Source of the DNA: Coriobacteriia bacterium
GTDB taxonomy: Bacteria; Actinomycetota; Coriobacteriia; Anaerosomatales; SLCP01
Length of the DNA stretch: 39,461 nt
NCBI GenBank assembly: GCA_007123455.1
Contig: SKKZ01000143.1
Coordinates: 1-39,461 of the forward strand
Reading direction: 5' to 3'
Shown: in pieces, positions 27,232-34,898 of the stretch
Numbering within the stretch: position 1 is the stretch's first letter
Layout of the letters: each line of letters begins with the position of its first letter
Translations under genes and position numbers: made by a program
Notes under the pieces: model-generated
The model's database searches: none
What the model saw: only the letters and a program-made list of their open reading frames with translations
What the model was told of the DNA's origin: nothing

Positions 27232-27756
27232 ATGCAGTCTGTGAAAGTAGTGGTCACCGGACCATTCAACGCCGGCAAGACGACGTTCATCAAGTCGGTA
27301 AGTGAGATCACGGTGCTCTCGACCGAACGTGAGGTGAGCGACTCCTCTGCCGAGGGCGGCGGGGAGACCACCGTTGCCATGGACTTCGGCCGTATCACGA
27401 TCTCCGATGACGTGGTCCTCTACATCTTCGGCACACCCGGGCAGGAGCGCTTCTCCTTCATGTGGGAGACACTTTCCGAGGGCATGCTCGGGTTCGTCGT
27501 ACTCGTCGACGCATCGGACGGGACATCCGTCGCCGACGCCACCTCGATCATCAGCTTCTTCCGCAACATGTCATCGGTCCCCTTTGTTGTGGCGGCTAAC
27601 AAAGTCGGCGACGACCCGGCCGATCTCGAGTCCCTCCGGGAGAGATTGGGTATCGAGGGCTCGGTCGAGATACTTGCCGTCGACGCGCGCGACCGGGATT
27701 CGGTGAAACGGGTCTTGCTTGCGTTGCTCTACCGTATCCTGGAGAGCATGGAGTAG
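27232..27756 (+). CDS. Small Ras-like GTPase (MglA/CvnD-like, COG2229-type ATP/GTP-binding protein)
   Basis: P-loop VVTGPFNAGKTTF, switch region TTVAMDFG, G3 FGTPGQERF and G4-like AANKVGDD. It is 174 aa and sits in an operon with the Roadblock protein. Confidence 0.9.
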   Translation: MQSVKVVVTGPFNAGKTTFIKSVSEITVLSTEREVSDSSAEGGGETTVAMDFGRITISDDVVLYIFGTPGQERFSFMWETLSEGMLGFVVLVDASDGTSVADATSIISFFRNMSSVPFVVAANKVGDDPADLESLRERLGIEGSVEILAVDARDRDSVKRVLLALLYRILESME

Positions 27757-27759
27757 ACG

Positions 27760-28215
27760 GTGAACCTTGAGGCCTACGCACCGGCTGTCTCGCTTCTGCT
27801 GCTCGGCGTGATGGCCATCATCGCGTTTGTCCGGGTTCGCTCGCTCATCAAGCGTCACGGCATTGAGGGGCGTGTTCCTACTCAGCAGCCTGTGGCACAC
27901 GCAGAGCCTCCTGCGCCCTGGTGGGCTTCGCATCTCGATGACTACACGAGGGAGTCGTCACCCAAGGCCGCGGTGTCCGAGGAGCGCGTGAGGGCTGAGG
28001 AGCCCCCGACACCGGAGGAGCCTCATGGATCCGCGGAGCTCGAGGAGCACGATGTCACTCCGGACACCGGCGAATACGTGATGCTTGCACAGGTAGAGCT
28101 ATGGTTCGGTGATTATCGGGTGGCGGTGCGTTCGGGCTCGGATACGGACCGCCGATTCCGCCGATTCGCGGAGGTGCTCCTCGAAGATCTTGGCTCCACA
28201 CGCGTGCGGGAGTGA
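27760..28215 (+). CDS. Small single-pass membrane protein of unknown function
   Basis: The GTG lies 3 nt after the GTPase stop. There is an N-terminal TM segment (PAVSLLLLGVMAIIAFV), then a charged linker and a short C-terminal segment. No recognisable family. Confidence 0.6.
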   Translation: MNLEAYAPAVSLLLLGVMAIIAFVRVRSLIKRHGIEGRVPTQQPVAHAEPPAPWWASHLDDYTRESSPKAAVSEERVRAEEPPTPEEPHGSAELEEHDVTPDTGEYVMLAQVELWFGDYRVAVRSGSDTDRRFRRFAEVLLEDLGSTRVRE

Positions 28216-28311
28216 CGGTGCCGCGGGGGCGAGTATGTCGTACGATGACCCTGATGTGCTGCTCACCGGCGCAAGCCCGACGGTTCGACGGTCGTCCTGA
28301 GAGGTCGTGAA

Positions 28312-29982
28312 GTGACAGATACGGGACAGCGGCTCGGCCAGCTCCTCATGCGGTCGGGAATCATCACCGAGCGTCAGCTTGCCGATGCCCTCGAGGTCCA
28401 CAAAGCGACAGGGGAGCGCCTCGGTCGCATCATCGTAGACCTCGGCCACGCCACGCAGGGAGAGATCCTCTCGGTGATGGCGACCCAGATCGGTATCGAG
28501 TACTTCGACTTCAGCATCGTTCAGCCCGACCCCAATGCGGTAGCTGCGGTGCCGCGAGAGCTCGCAGAACGATACACGTTGATGCCGGTCTCGCTCTCGG
28601 ACGGTGTGCTGGTCGTGGCCATGGCCGACCCGCAGAACGTGCTCGCACTCGATGACTTGAGAATCATCACGGGTCACGAGATACGCGCCGGCATCTCCAC
28701 GCGGGATGACATCGCCGGTAGCATCGAGGCATTCTACAAAGTCGCCGAGCACACCGAGTCTGACGACTTCATCGGCTCCGACGACCTCAGTGAGACCGAA
28801 CTGGAGAGCCTGAGCGGTGTCGCGGCCGACGCACCGATCGTCAAGCTGGTGAACTACATCATCACCAAAGCGGTCAGCGAGCGAGCGAGCGACATCCATA
28901 TCGAGCCGCAAGACAGCGACCTCAGGGTCCGTTTTCGCGTCGACGGTGTCCTCCATGAGGTGATGAGGAGCCCCCGCTCCGTGCAGGCCGCCATCATCAG
29001 CCGTTTCAAGATCATGGCTGAGATGGATATCGCCGAGACCCGTAAGCCGCAAGATGGTCACTGCGCCATCACTGTTTCGGGACACACGATCGACTTCCGC
29101 GTCTCGTCGCTGCCCACCGTCTATGGTGAGCGCATCGTGCTGCGTATCCTGCGCAAAGATGCGATCCTGCTCGAACTGAGCGACCTCGGCTTCCTCCCGT
29201 CCTCGCTCGAGCGCTTCGAGTCTTCGTTCCGCAAGCCATACGGTGCGATCCTGGTCACCGGGCCGACCGGCTCGGGCAAATCGACCTCGCTCTACGCCGC
29301 GATCAACGTGCTCAACTCGCCTGACAAGCATATCCTCACCGCGGAAGACCCGGTCGAGTACCGGGTTCCCGGCGTCAATCAGTGCCAGATCAATGTGAAG
29401 TCAGGCCTGACCTTCGCCCGTGCACTCCGCTCCTTCCTGCGCTGCTCGCCCGATATCATCCTTGTCGGTGAGATCCGCGACCAGGAGACGGCGCGCATCG
29501 GCATCGAGTCGGCGCTCACCGGCCATCTCGTGCTCTCGACGCTGCACACCAACGACTCGGCGGGTGCCGTGACGCGCCTGGTCGAAATGGGTGTGGAGCC
29601 CTTCCTCGTCGCCTCGGCCGTCGACTGCATCCTTGCGCAGCGCCTCGCTCGCCGTTTGTGCCCCTCGTGCAAGGAGGAATACGAGCCGAAACCACAAACG
29701 CTTATAGACGCCGGCTTCCCTGCCGATAATCTGCCTGAGAGGATCTTCAAGGCAGTCGGCTGCAAGAAGTGCGGCGGTACCGGATATCGAGGGCGCATGG
29801 GCGTCCACGAGGTACTCCTCGTGTCGGAGGAGATCGGTCGGCTCACCGTCGCCGGGGCCACGTCGGAGGAGATCAAGAAGGCCGCCATCGCTGACGGCAT
29901 GCTCACCCTCAAAGAGGATGGGCTCGAGAAGGTCAGGATGGGGGACACATCGGTCGAGGAGATCCTGCGCGTGATCGTGTAG
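28312..29982 (+). CDS. pilB: Type IV pilus assembly ATPase, PilB/GspE family, paralogue 2 (well-preserved tandem MshEN motifs)
   Basis: The N-terminus has RLGQLLMRSGIITERQLADALEVH, a 5-aa spacer, then RLGRIIVDLGHATQGEILSVMATQ. It also has Walker A GPTGSGKSTS, Walker B SPDIILVGEIRD, TGHLVLSTLHTN, and CPSC..CKKC. Confidence 0.93.
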   Translation: MTDTGQRLGQLLMRSGIITERQLADALEVHKATGERLGRIIVDLGHATQGEILSVMATQIGIEYFDFSIVQPDPNAVAAVPRELAERYTLMPVSLSDGVLVVAMADPQNVLALDDLRIITGHEIRAGISTRDDIAGSIEAFYKVAEHTESDDFIGSDDLSETELESLSGVAADAPIVKLVNYIITKAVSERASDIHIEPQDSDLRVRFRVDGVLHEVMRSPRSVQAAIISRFKIMAEMDIAETRKPQDGHCAITVSGHTIDFRVSSLPTVYGERIVLRILRKDAILLELSDLGFLPSSLERFESSFRKPYGAILVTGPTGSGKSTSLYAAINVLNSPDKHILTAEDPVEYRVPGVNQCQINVKSGLTFARALRSFLRCSPDIILVGEIRDQETARIGIESALTGHLVLSTLHTNDSAGAVTRLVEMGVEPFLVASAVDCILAQRLARRLCPSCKEEYEPKPQTLIDAGFPADNLPERIFKAVGCKKCGGTGYRGRMGVHEVLLVSEEIGRLTVAGATSEEIKKAAIADGMLTLKEDGLEKVRMGDTSVEEILRVIV

Positions 29983-30049
29983 GCGCTCCCAGGACCGACA
30001 GGAGCGCCGCTCGCAAGAGCGGGACACGCGGAAACGAGGAGTGCGACCG

Positions 30050-31261
30050 ATGGCTGTCTACAACTACTCCGTGCGCGACCGGTCCGGCAAGATCGTCAAG
30101 GGATCCCTGGAAGGGGACAACCGGGAGGCGGTCAGCGGCAAGCTGAGGGAGATGGGCTATATCATCCTTCAGCTCGACCAGCAGTCGCAGCTCGCCGCCA
30201 TGGGCCAGATAAAGTTCGGGACCGGCGTCAAAGTCAAGGACGTCGCTATCTTCGCGCGGCAGTTCGCCACCATGATCAACGCGGGACTCTCGCTCACCAA
30301 GTGCCTGAGCATCCTTGCCGAGCAGACCGAGAGTTCGGGTCTCAAGGAAGTCATCCAGCAGGTCGCGAACGACGTCGAGTCAGGTCAGTCGCTTTCCGAC
30401 TCGCTCTCCAAGCACCCCAAGGTCTTCCCGCCGATCTTCGTCAACATGGTCAGAGCGGGCGAGACCGGCGGTGTGCTCGACGAGGTGCTCGTTCGCGTCG
30501 CCGATCACTTCGAGGCCGAACTCGCGCTCAAAGGCAAGATCAAGTCCGCGATGACGTATCCCGTGGCCATGGGCGCACTCGTGCTCATGATCCTCGCGGC
30601 GATGATGATCTTCGTGGTTCCGGTCTTCGAGGAGATGTTCGCCTCGATGGGTGGCGAGCTGCCATTCATCACACAGCTGTTGGTCGACATTTCTAGCTTC
30701 GTGTCAGGTGTCGGTGGGTTGCTCGTGTTGGTCGGTGCTGTGGGTATCGTGTTTGGATTCCGCTTCTGGACCAGCACAAGCAGTGGCAGGCTGATCTGGG
30801 ATGCAACGAAGCTGCGGATGCCGATCTTCGGCGGTATGATCCGCAAGATTGCGCTCGCTAAGTTCACTAGGACGTTCGGCACGCTTGTCTCTGCCGGTGT
30901 GCCCATCCTTGGGGCACTCGACATCGTCGCTGACACGTCGGGCAACGAGGTGGTCGCCCAGGCGGTCAAGAAGACGCGCTCCGCCATCAAGGAAGGCGAA
31001 ACCATTGCCAAGCCGCTCTCCGAGTCCAGGGTGTTCCCGTCGATGCTCGTCCAGATGATTGCGGTGGGCGAGGAGACTGGCGCACTCGACGCCATGCTCA
31101 ACAAGATTGCGGACTTCTACGATGAAGAGGTGGCGAACGCCGTGGACGGCCTCACGTCGCTCATCGAGCCGCTCATGATGGCGACTCTCGGGCTGATCGT
31201 CGGCGCCATGGTCATCGCGCTCTACATGCCGATGTTCCAGATCATCACGCTGATAGATTAG
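30050..31261 (+). CDS. pilC: Type IV pilus platform protein PilC (GspF/T2SS-F family)
   Basis: Duplicated T2SSF architecture with three TM regions, FARQFATMINAGLSL, and MVRAGETGG / MIAVGEETG motifs. The ATG at 30050 lies 9 nt after GAGGA. Confidence 0.93.
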   Translation: MAVYNYSVRDRSGKIVKGSLEGDNREAVSGKLREMGYIILQLDQQSQLAAMGQIKFGTGVKVKDVAIFARQFATMINAGLSLTKCLSILAEQTESSGLKEVIQQVANDVESGQSLSDSLSKHPKVFPPIFVNMVRAGETGGVLDEVLVRVADHFEAELALKGKIKSAMTYPVAMGALVLMILAAMMIFVVPVFEEMFASMGGELPFITQLLVDISSFVSGVGGLLVLVGAVGIVFGFRFWTSTSSGRLIWDATKLRMPIFGGMIRKIALAKFTRTFGTLVSAGVPILGALDIVADTSGNEVVAQAVKKTRSAIKEGETIAKPLSESRVFPSMLVQMIAVGEETGALDAMLNKIADFYDEEVANAVDGLTSLIEPLMMATLGLIVGAMVIALYMPMFQIITLID

Positions 31262-31391
31262 GTGCGCACCTTCCATCCAAGAATACCTCTAAAGTCCGGC
31301 ATCTCCTTGCCCGATAACAGGTGTAAGCAAGAGAGTGGTCGCCATGAGGGAGGCCACCGGTAGTCCCGAAAGGGAGAAGGAGGTGCGGAAC

Positions 31392-31757
31392 ATGTTCAGG
31401 ATGTTCCGGAAGAGTGATGAGGGCTTCACCCTCGTCGAGTTGATGGTCGTTGTTCTCATTATCGGTATCCTTGTCGCAATCGCCATTCCCGTCTTCAACG
31501 CAGCTCGTGCCAACGCCCAGCAGCGCTCCTGCCAGGCGAACCTGCGCACCATGGACGGCGCCATCGAGCAGTGGCGTGCCGAGGACGTGGACAACGATCC
31601 TGCCGACTGGGGCGGGGTTTTCGCCACGGCGATGGGCGCTGGCGGTCTCGCCGATTACATCCAGGAGACGCCGACTTGCCCCGGTGGTGGAACCTACAGC
31701 GTGAGCAACTCGACCGATGCGAGGTTCGCCTGCGACGTCGCGGGTCACGCATACTAA
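31392..31757 (+). CDS. pilA: Major type IV pilin (prepilin with class III signal peptide)
   Basis: MFRMFRKSDEG|FTLVELMVVVLIIGILVAIAIPVF, with Glu at +5. The C-terminal PTCPGGGTYSV motif is common in Gram-positive-type pilins. The ATG lies 9 nt after GAAGGAGG. It is followed by the strongest terminator in the window, typical of a highly expressed structural gene. Confidence 0.9.
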   Translation: MFRMFRKSDEGFTLVELMVVVLIIGILVAIAIPVFNAARANAQQRSCQANLRTMDGAIEQWRAEDVDNDPADWGGVFATAMGAGGLADYIQETPTCPGGGTYSVSNSTDARFACDVAGHAY

Positions 31758-31780
31758 GTCATCTCACTCAGTAACGTGAC

Positions 31781-31820
31781 CGAAGGGCCGGCAGCGCGAG
31801 CTGCCGGCCCTTCTCGCTTT
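31781..31820 (+). terminator. Rho-independent terminator after the pilin gene
   Basis: Perfect 14-bp stem GAAGGGCCGGCAGC / GCTGCCGGCCCTTC with a GCGA loop, followed by TCGCTTTCC. Confidence 0.85.
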
Positions 31821-31880
31821 CCCGGAGACACGCACTCTCCGCTCCGCTAGACTCATCGCATCACTTCCGGGAGGAGGCGC

Positions 31881-32699
31881 ATGACCACCGAACTTGCGCT
31901 TGTCGCTATCGCGTTCTTCGTGTTCGGCCTGCTGCTCGGCAGTTTCGGCAACGTAGTGATCTGGCGCTTCCCCCGGGGCGAATCGCTGAGCTCGCCCGGT
32001 TCGCGCTGTCCTGCGTGCGACGCACCCGTTCGGTGGTACGACAACATCCCGGTCGTCTCGTGGCTCCTGCTGCGGGCCCGGTGCCGTTCGTGCGGCGAGC
32101 CGATCGCGACCCGCTATCCCGCAGTCGAGCTGTTGTCAGGACTCCTCTGGCTCGCTGCCGGCCTCACGTTCGGCCTGGGCGGCCAGGCTGTCATAGCCGG
32201 GTTCTTCTTCTGGACTCTTCTCATCCTGACCTTCATCGATCTCGATACCATGCGCCTTCCAAACCCGATCGTCGGGGCACTCGCCCTGCTCGGTTTCGCT
32301 GGCGCCACCGTGTCACAGGTCACTTCGGTCGACTGGGTTCCTCTGACAGGCGGCGATGCCTCACCGCTCCTTGGGGCGGTGTTCGGCGCACTGCTTGGTG
32401 CCGGCATCAGCGGTGGCATCGCAGCACTCTACGCAGGCGTGCGCGGCAGATCCGGTTTCGGGATGGGGGACGTCAAGCTCCTCGGCGCGATGGGCTTCTT
32501 CCTTGGTCCGTACGTCCTGCTGTCGCTCTTCATCGGAAGCTTGTTCGGCGCCGTGGTCGGTATCGTGACCGCGGCGCGCTCGGAGAACGGCCTTGCGACG
32601 AAGATCCCGTTTGGCCCGTTTCTCGCCCTCGGCGGCATCTTAGCGGCTCTCGTCGGGCCCGAGATCGTGCGTATGTACCTTGCCCTGGTCACGGGCTGA
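31881..32699 (+). CDS. pilD: Prepilin peptidase (A24 family) PilD
   Basis: N-terminal Cys motif CPACDAPVRWYDNIPVVSWLLLRARCRSCGEPI, and catalytic Asp regions GMGDVKLLG and IPFGPFLALG. Confidence 0.93.
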   Translation: MTTELALVAIAFFVFGLLLGSFGNVVIWRFPRGESLSSPGSRCPACDAPVRWYDNIPVVSWLLLRARCRSCGEPIATRYPAVELLSGLLWLAAGLTFGLGGQAVIAGFFFWTLLILTFIDLDTMRLPNPIVGALALLGFAGATVSQVTSVDWVPLTGGDASPLLGAVFGALLGAGISGGIAALYAGVRGRSGFGMGDVKLLGAMGFFLGPYVLLSLFIGSLFGAVVGIVTAARSENGLATKIPFGPFLALGGILAALVGPEIVRMYLALVTG

Positions 32700-32791
32700 G
32701 AAGGCGTTCAAGCTGCGATAGCCACATGCCGATACCTGAAACAGGCAGGCGCATACGCCCTGCCGCGTGGATTCTCCGCACGTGATCGGAT

Positions 32792-34315
32792 GTGGTGAGG
32801 GTGCAGAGGGGCGGTACGTCGCATAGCGTGCGTGATGAGGGCATGACGATCATCGAGGTCGTTGTGGGCATCACAATCTTCTTCTTCGTGCTGACGGCTA
32901 TCTTCGGCCTGCTCGGGGCGACTACGAGCATGGCCGTCTTCTCCAACGAACGCGCCCTGCTCGTGAACGCCATGAACTCCTATATCGAAGAGGCCCGCGC
33001 GATGCCGTATCTCGCCGTGGGTGTCGACGCCACCGGCGCTGAAGTCTTCGGTGACCTTCCCGAGGAAACCTCGCAGTCCATCGGCGGCTATACCGTGATC
33101 ATCAGGCCTACGGTCGAGTGGGTGGATGATCCGTTCATAGAACCGGGTACGGAAGACTACAAGCAGCTGACCGTAGACGGAATCATCATGCGGGGAGGCG
33201 AGGTCGTCTATACGCTCTCCATGTCGACTTTCATCCGACAGGAGGCCCCCGCGGGTGATTTCACGCCGCCGAGCATCGAGTTCGGGCCGAACTCACCTCC
33301 CGAGGCGAGTCCCCCGACGGTCGTGCGTGGTGAGAGCGTGCTGATCGAGGCTATCGCCCAGGCGACGATGCCCGGGGCGCGCCTCGTGAGCATGTCGTTC
33401 GTCATCAGCCCGGGGGGCACGTTCCTCCAGGGCTCCGCGCCCGGAAGCGTGGCGCTCTGGGAACTCGACACACAGAGTCTCACCAAGCAATTCTACTGGA
33501 ACACCCTTGCGGTCGATGAGTTCAACGAGCGCATCGTCCAGGATGGCGAGTACACGATCACCATCGAAGTCGTGGACAGCAACCAGAAACGCGTGCACCG
33601 GACACGGCGGGTACTCATCGACAACGACCCGCCGGACATCCCTACGGACCTCGTCGCGCATGCACTCCTGAGTGGCACGCAGGTGCCGCTGACGTGGACG
33701 AGGTCGATGGACGGCTGGACCGAGACCGACCACTACGCCCTGCTTGTCGCACGGCAGTCCGAGGTGGGGACGTGGACCTCGGAAGTGTTGCTGACCGAAG
33801 GGCCAGCGGGCTCCTACACCTTGAGCACGATCCCGTTCAGTCGCTACAACGTGCGTGTCGCCGGAGAGAGTCCGGAGGGGCTGCGCTCCGGGTGGGCGCC
33901 GCTTATCGAAGAAGGTGAGGACCCGGTTATCTTCGAGACCAGGCCGCTCATCAACGGGACGTATAGGGCTGTCTACTCGAACAACAATCCGCGTGGCTGG
34001 CAGGTGAGCGTGAACCTCTCCACCTCGCAGCCGACCTTTCCCGTGGAGTCGGTGCGCTACGAACTCTACGAGCGCACCCCCTCCGGTGAGTGGACGCTTG
34101 TGAGCAGCGATCTCAACACCACTGGTATGTTCACACACAACTACCTGGTAGAGGGTAACAAGAACCAGGCGATCGACCGCTACTACATGGTGCGTGCCTA
34201 CTGGACGCGCAATGCGGCCTCACCCGAACTCATGACGGAGTCGAACACCCTCGGGCCTACCTCGACCGCCGGTGAGCCGAACGTGATCACCTTCCCAACG
34301 CCGGGAGCGTGGTGA
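32792..34315 (+). CDS. Large minor-pilin-like protein (prepilin-type N-terminus plus Ig-like and fibronectin-III-like modules)
   Basis: Leader ..SVRDEG|MTIIEVVVGITIFFFVLTAIFGLL with Glu at +5. Later come an Ig-like segment (..YTITIEVVDSNQKRVHRTRRVLIDNDPP) and an FN3-like segment (PTDLVAHALLSGTQVPLTWTRS...YNVRVAGESPEG). The exact start is uncertain (GTG at 32792, 32795 or 32801). Confidence 0.8.
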   Translation: MVRVQRGGTSHSVRDEGMTIIEVVVGITIFFFVLTAIFGLLGATTSMAVFSNERALLVNAMNSYIEEARAMPYLAVGVDATGAEVFGDLPEETSQSIGGYTVIIRPTVEWVDDPFIEPGTEDYKQLTVDGIIMRGGEVVYTLSMSTFIRQEAPAGDFTPPSIEFGPNSPPEASPPTVVRGESVLIEAIAQATMPGARLVSMSFVISPGGTFLQGSAPGSVALWELDTQSLTKQFYWNTLAVDEFNERIVQDGEYTITIEVVDSNQKRVHRTRRVLIDNDPPDIPTDLVAHALLSGTQVPLTWTRSMDGWTETDHYALLVARQSEVGTWTSEVLLTEGPAGSYTLSTIPFSRYNVRVAGESPEGLRSGWAPLIEEGEDPVIFETRPLINGTYRAVYSNNNPRGWQVSVNLSTSQPTFPVESVRYELYERTPSGEWTLVSSDLNTTGMFTHNYLVEGNKNQAIDRYYMVRAYWTRNAASPELMTESNTLGPTSTAGEPNVITFPTPGAW

Positions 34316-34316
34316 G

Positions 34317-34886
34317 ATGACACGGATGCGGGACGACAGGGGATTCACCCTCTCAGAGCTGGTCGTGGTGCTCGCACTGCTCGTCGTCGTCATCGGTGTG
34401 GTCTATGGCTCGGCGCACGCCATGATGCAGGCGGCACGTGTGAGCGATCGGCAGTCACGCTTCACTCAAGAAGTGGCGTCGCCGCTGCTCGTCATCGACA
34501 GAATCCTGGTCCAGAATTCCAGCATCCAGGATGCGACGCCATACCGCATCGTGGTGCTCACCGACCGGGATCTCAACAACAAGATGGAGCGTACGACGAT
34601 TCAGGCGCGTACCGATGGCACGCTACATTACCGGTCCGAGGAGCTCAATCCGGCACGGACTGCCGTCGAGCGAGTCCTGCAGGACTGGGTGATCTCCGAT
34701 AACAACGTGAACGTCGCGCAAGGAGAGCCGCTCTTTCGATATTACGACGTTGAGCTGGAGGAGATCACCGCGATGGGAAGCGTCAGTTCGGATGCACGCT
34801 CGATTCTCGTGAACCTTGTCACCGAACACGACGGCCGTACCCTTTCTGACTCGCGGCGGATCCAGTTCCGCCTGCGGCAGTGGTAG
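34317..34886 (+). CDS. Minor pilin / pseudopilin with prepilin-type N-terminal cleavage/methylation motif
   Basis: MTRMRDDRG|FTLSELVVVLALLVVVIGVVYG. It starts 1 nt after the upstream stop. Confidence 0.85.
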   Translation: MTRMRDDRGFTLSELVVVLALLVVVIGVVYGSAHAMMQAARVSDRQSRFTQEVASPLLVIDRILVQNSSIQDATPYRIVVLTDRDLNNKMERTTIQARTDGTLHYRSEELNPARTAVERVLQDWVISDNNVNVAQGEPLFRYYDVELEEITAMGSVSSDARSILVNLVTEHDGRTLSDSRRIQFRLRQW

Positions 34887-34898
34887 GAGCTGGTGAAG

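Noticed and set aside
28099-29331. 410-aa minus-strand ORF antisense to pilB2
   Set aside because: It lies fully inside the well-supported + strand PilB2 gene. Its translation is Arg/Asp/Gly-rich with no recognisable motifs, so it is a typical high-GC shadow ORF.
32015-32785. 256-aa + strand alternative-frame ORF inside pilD
   Set aside because: It is extremely Arg-rich, and the pilD frame carries all the A24 peptidase motifs.
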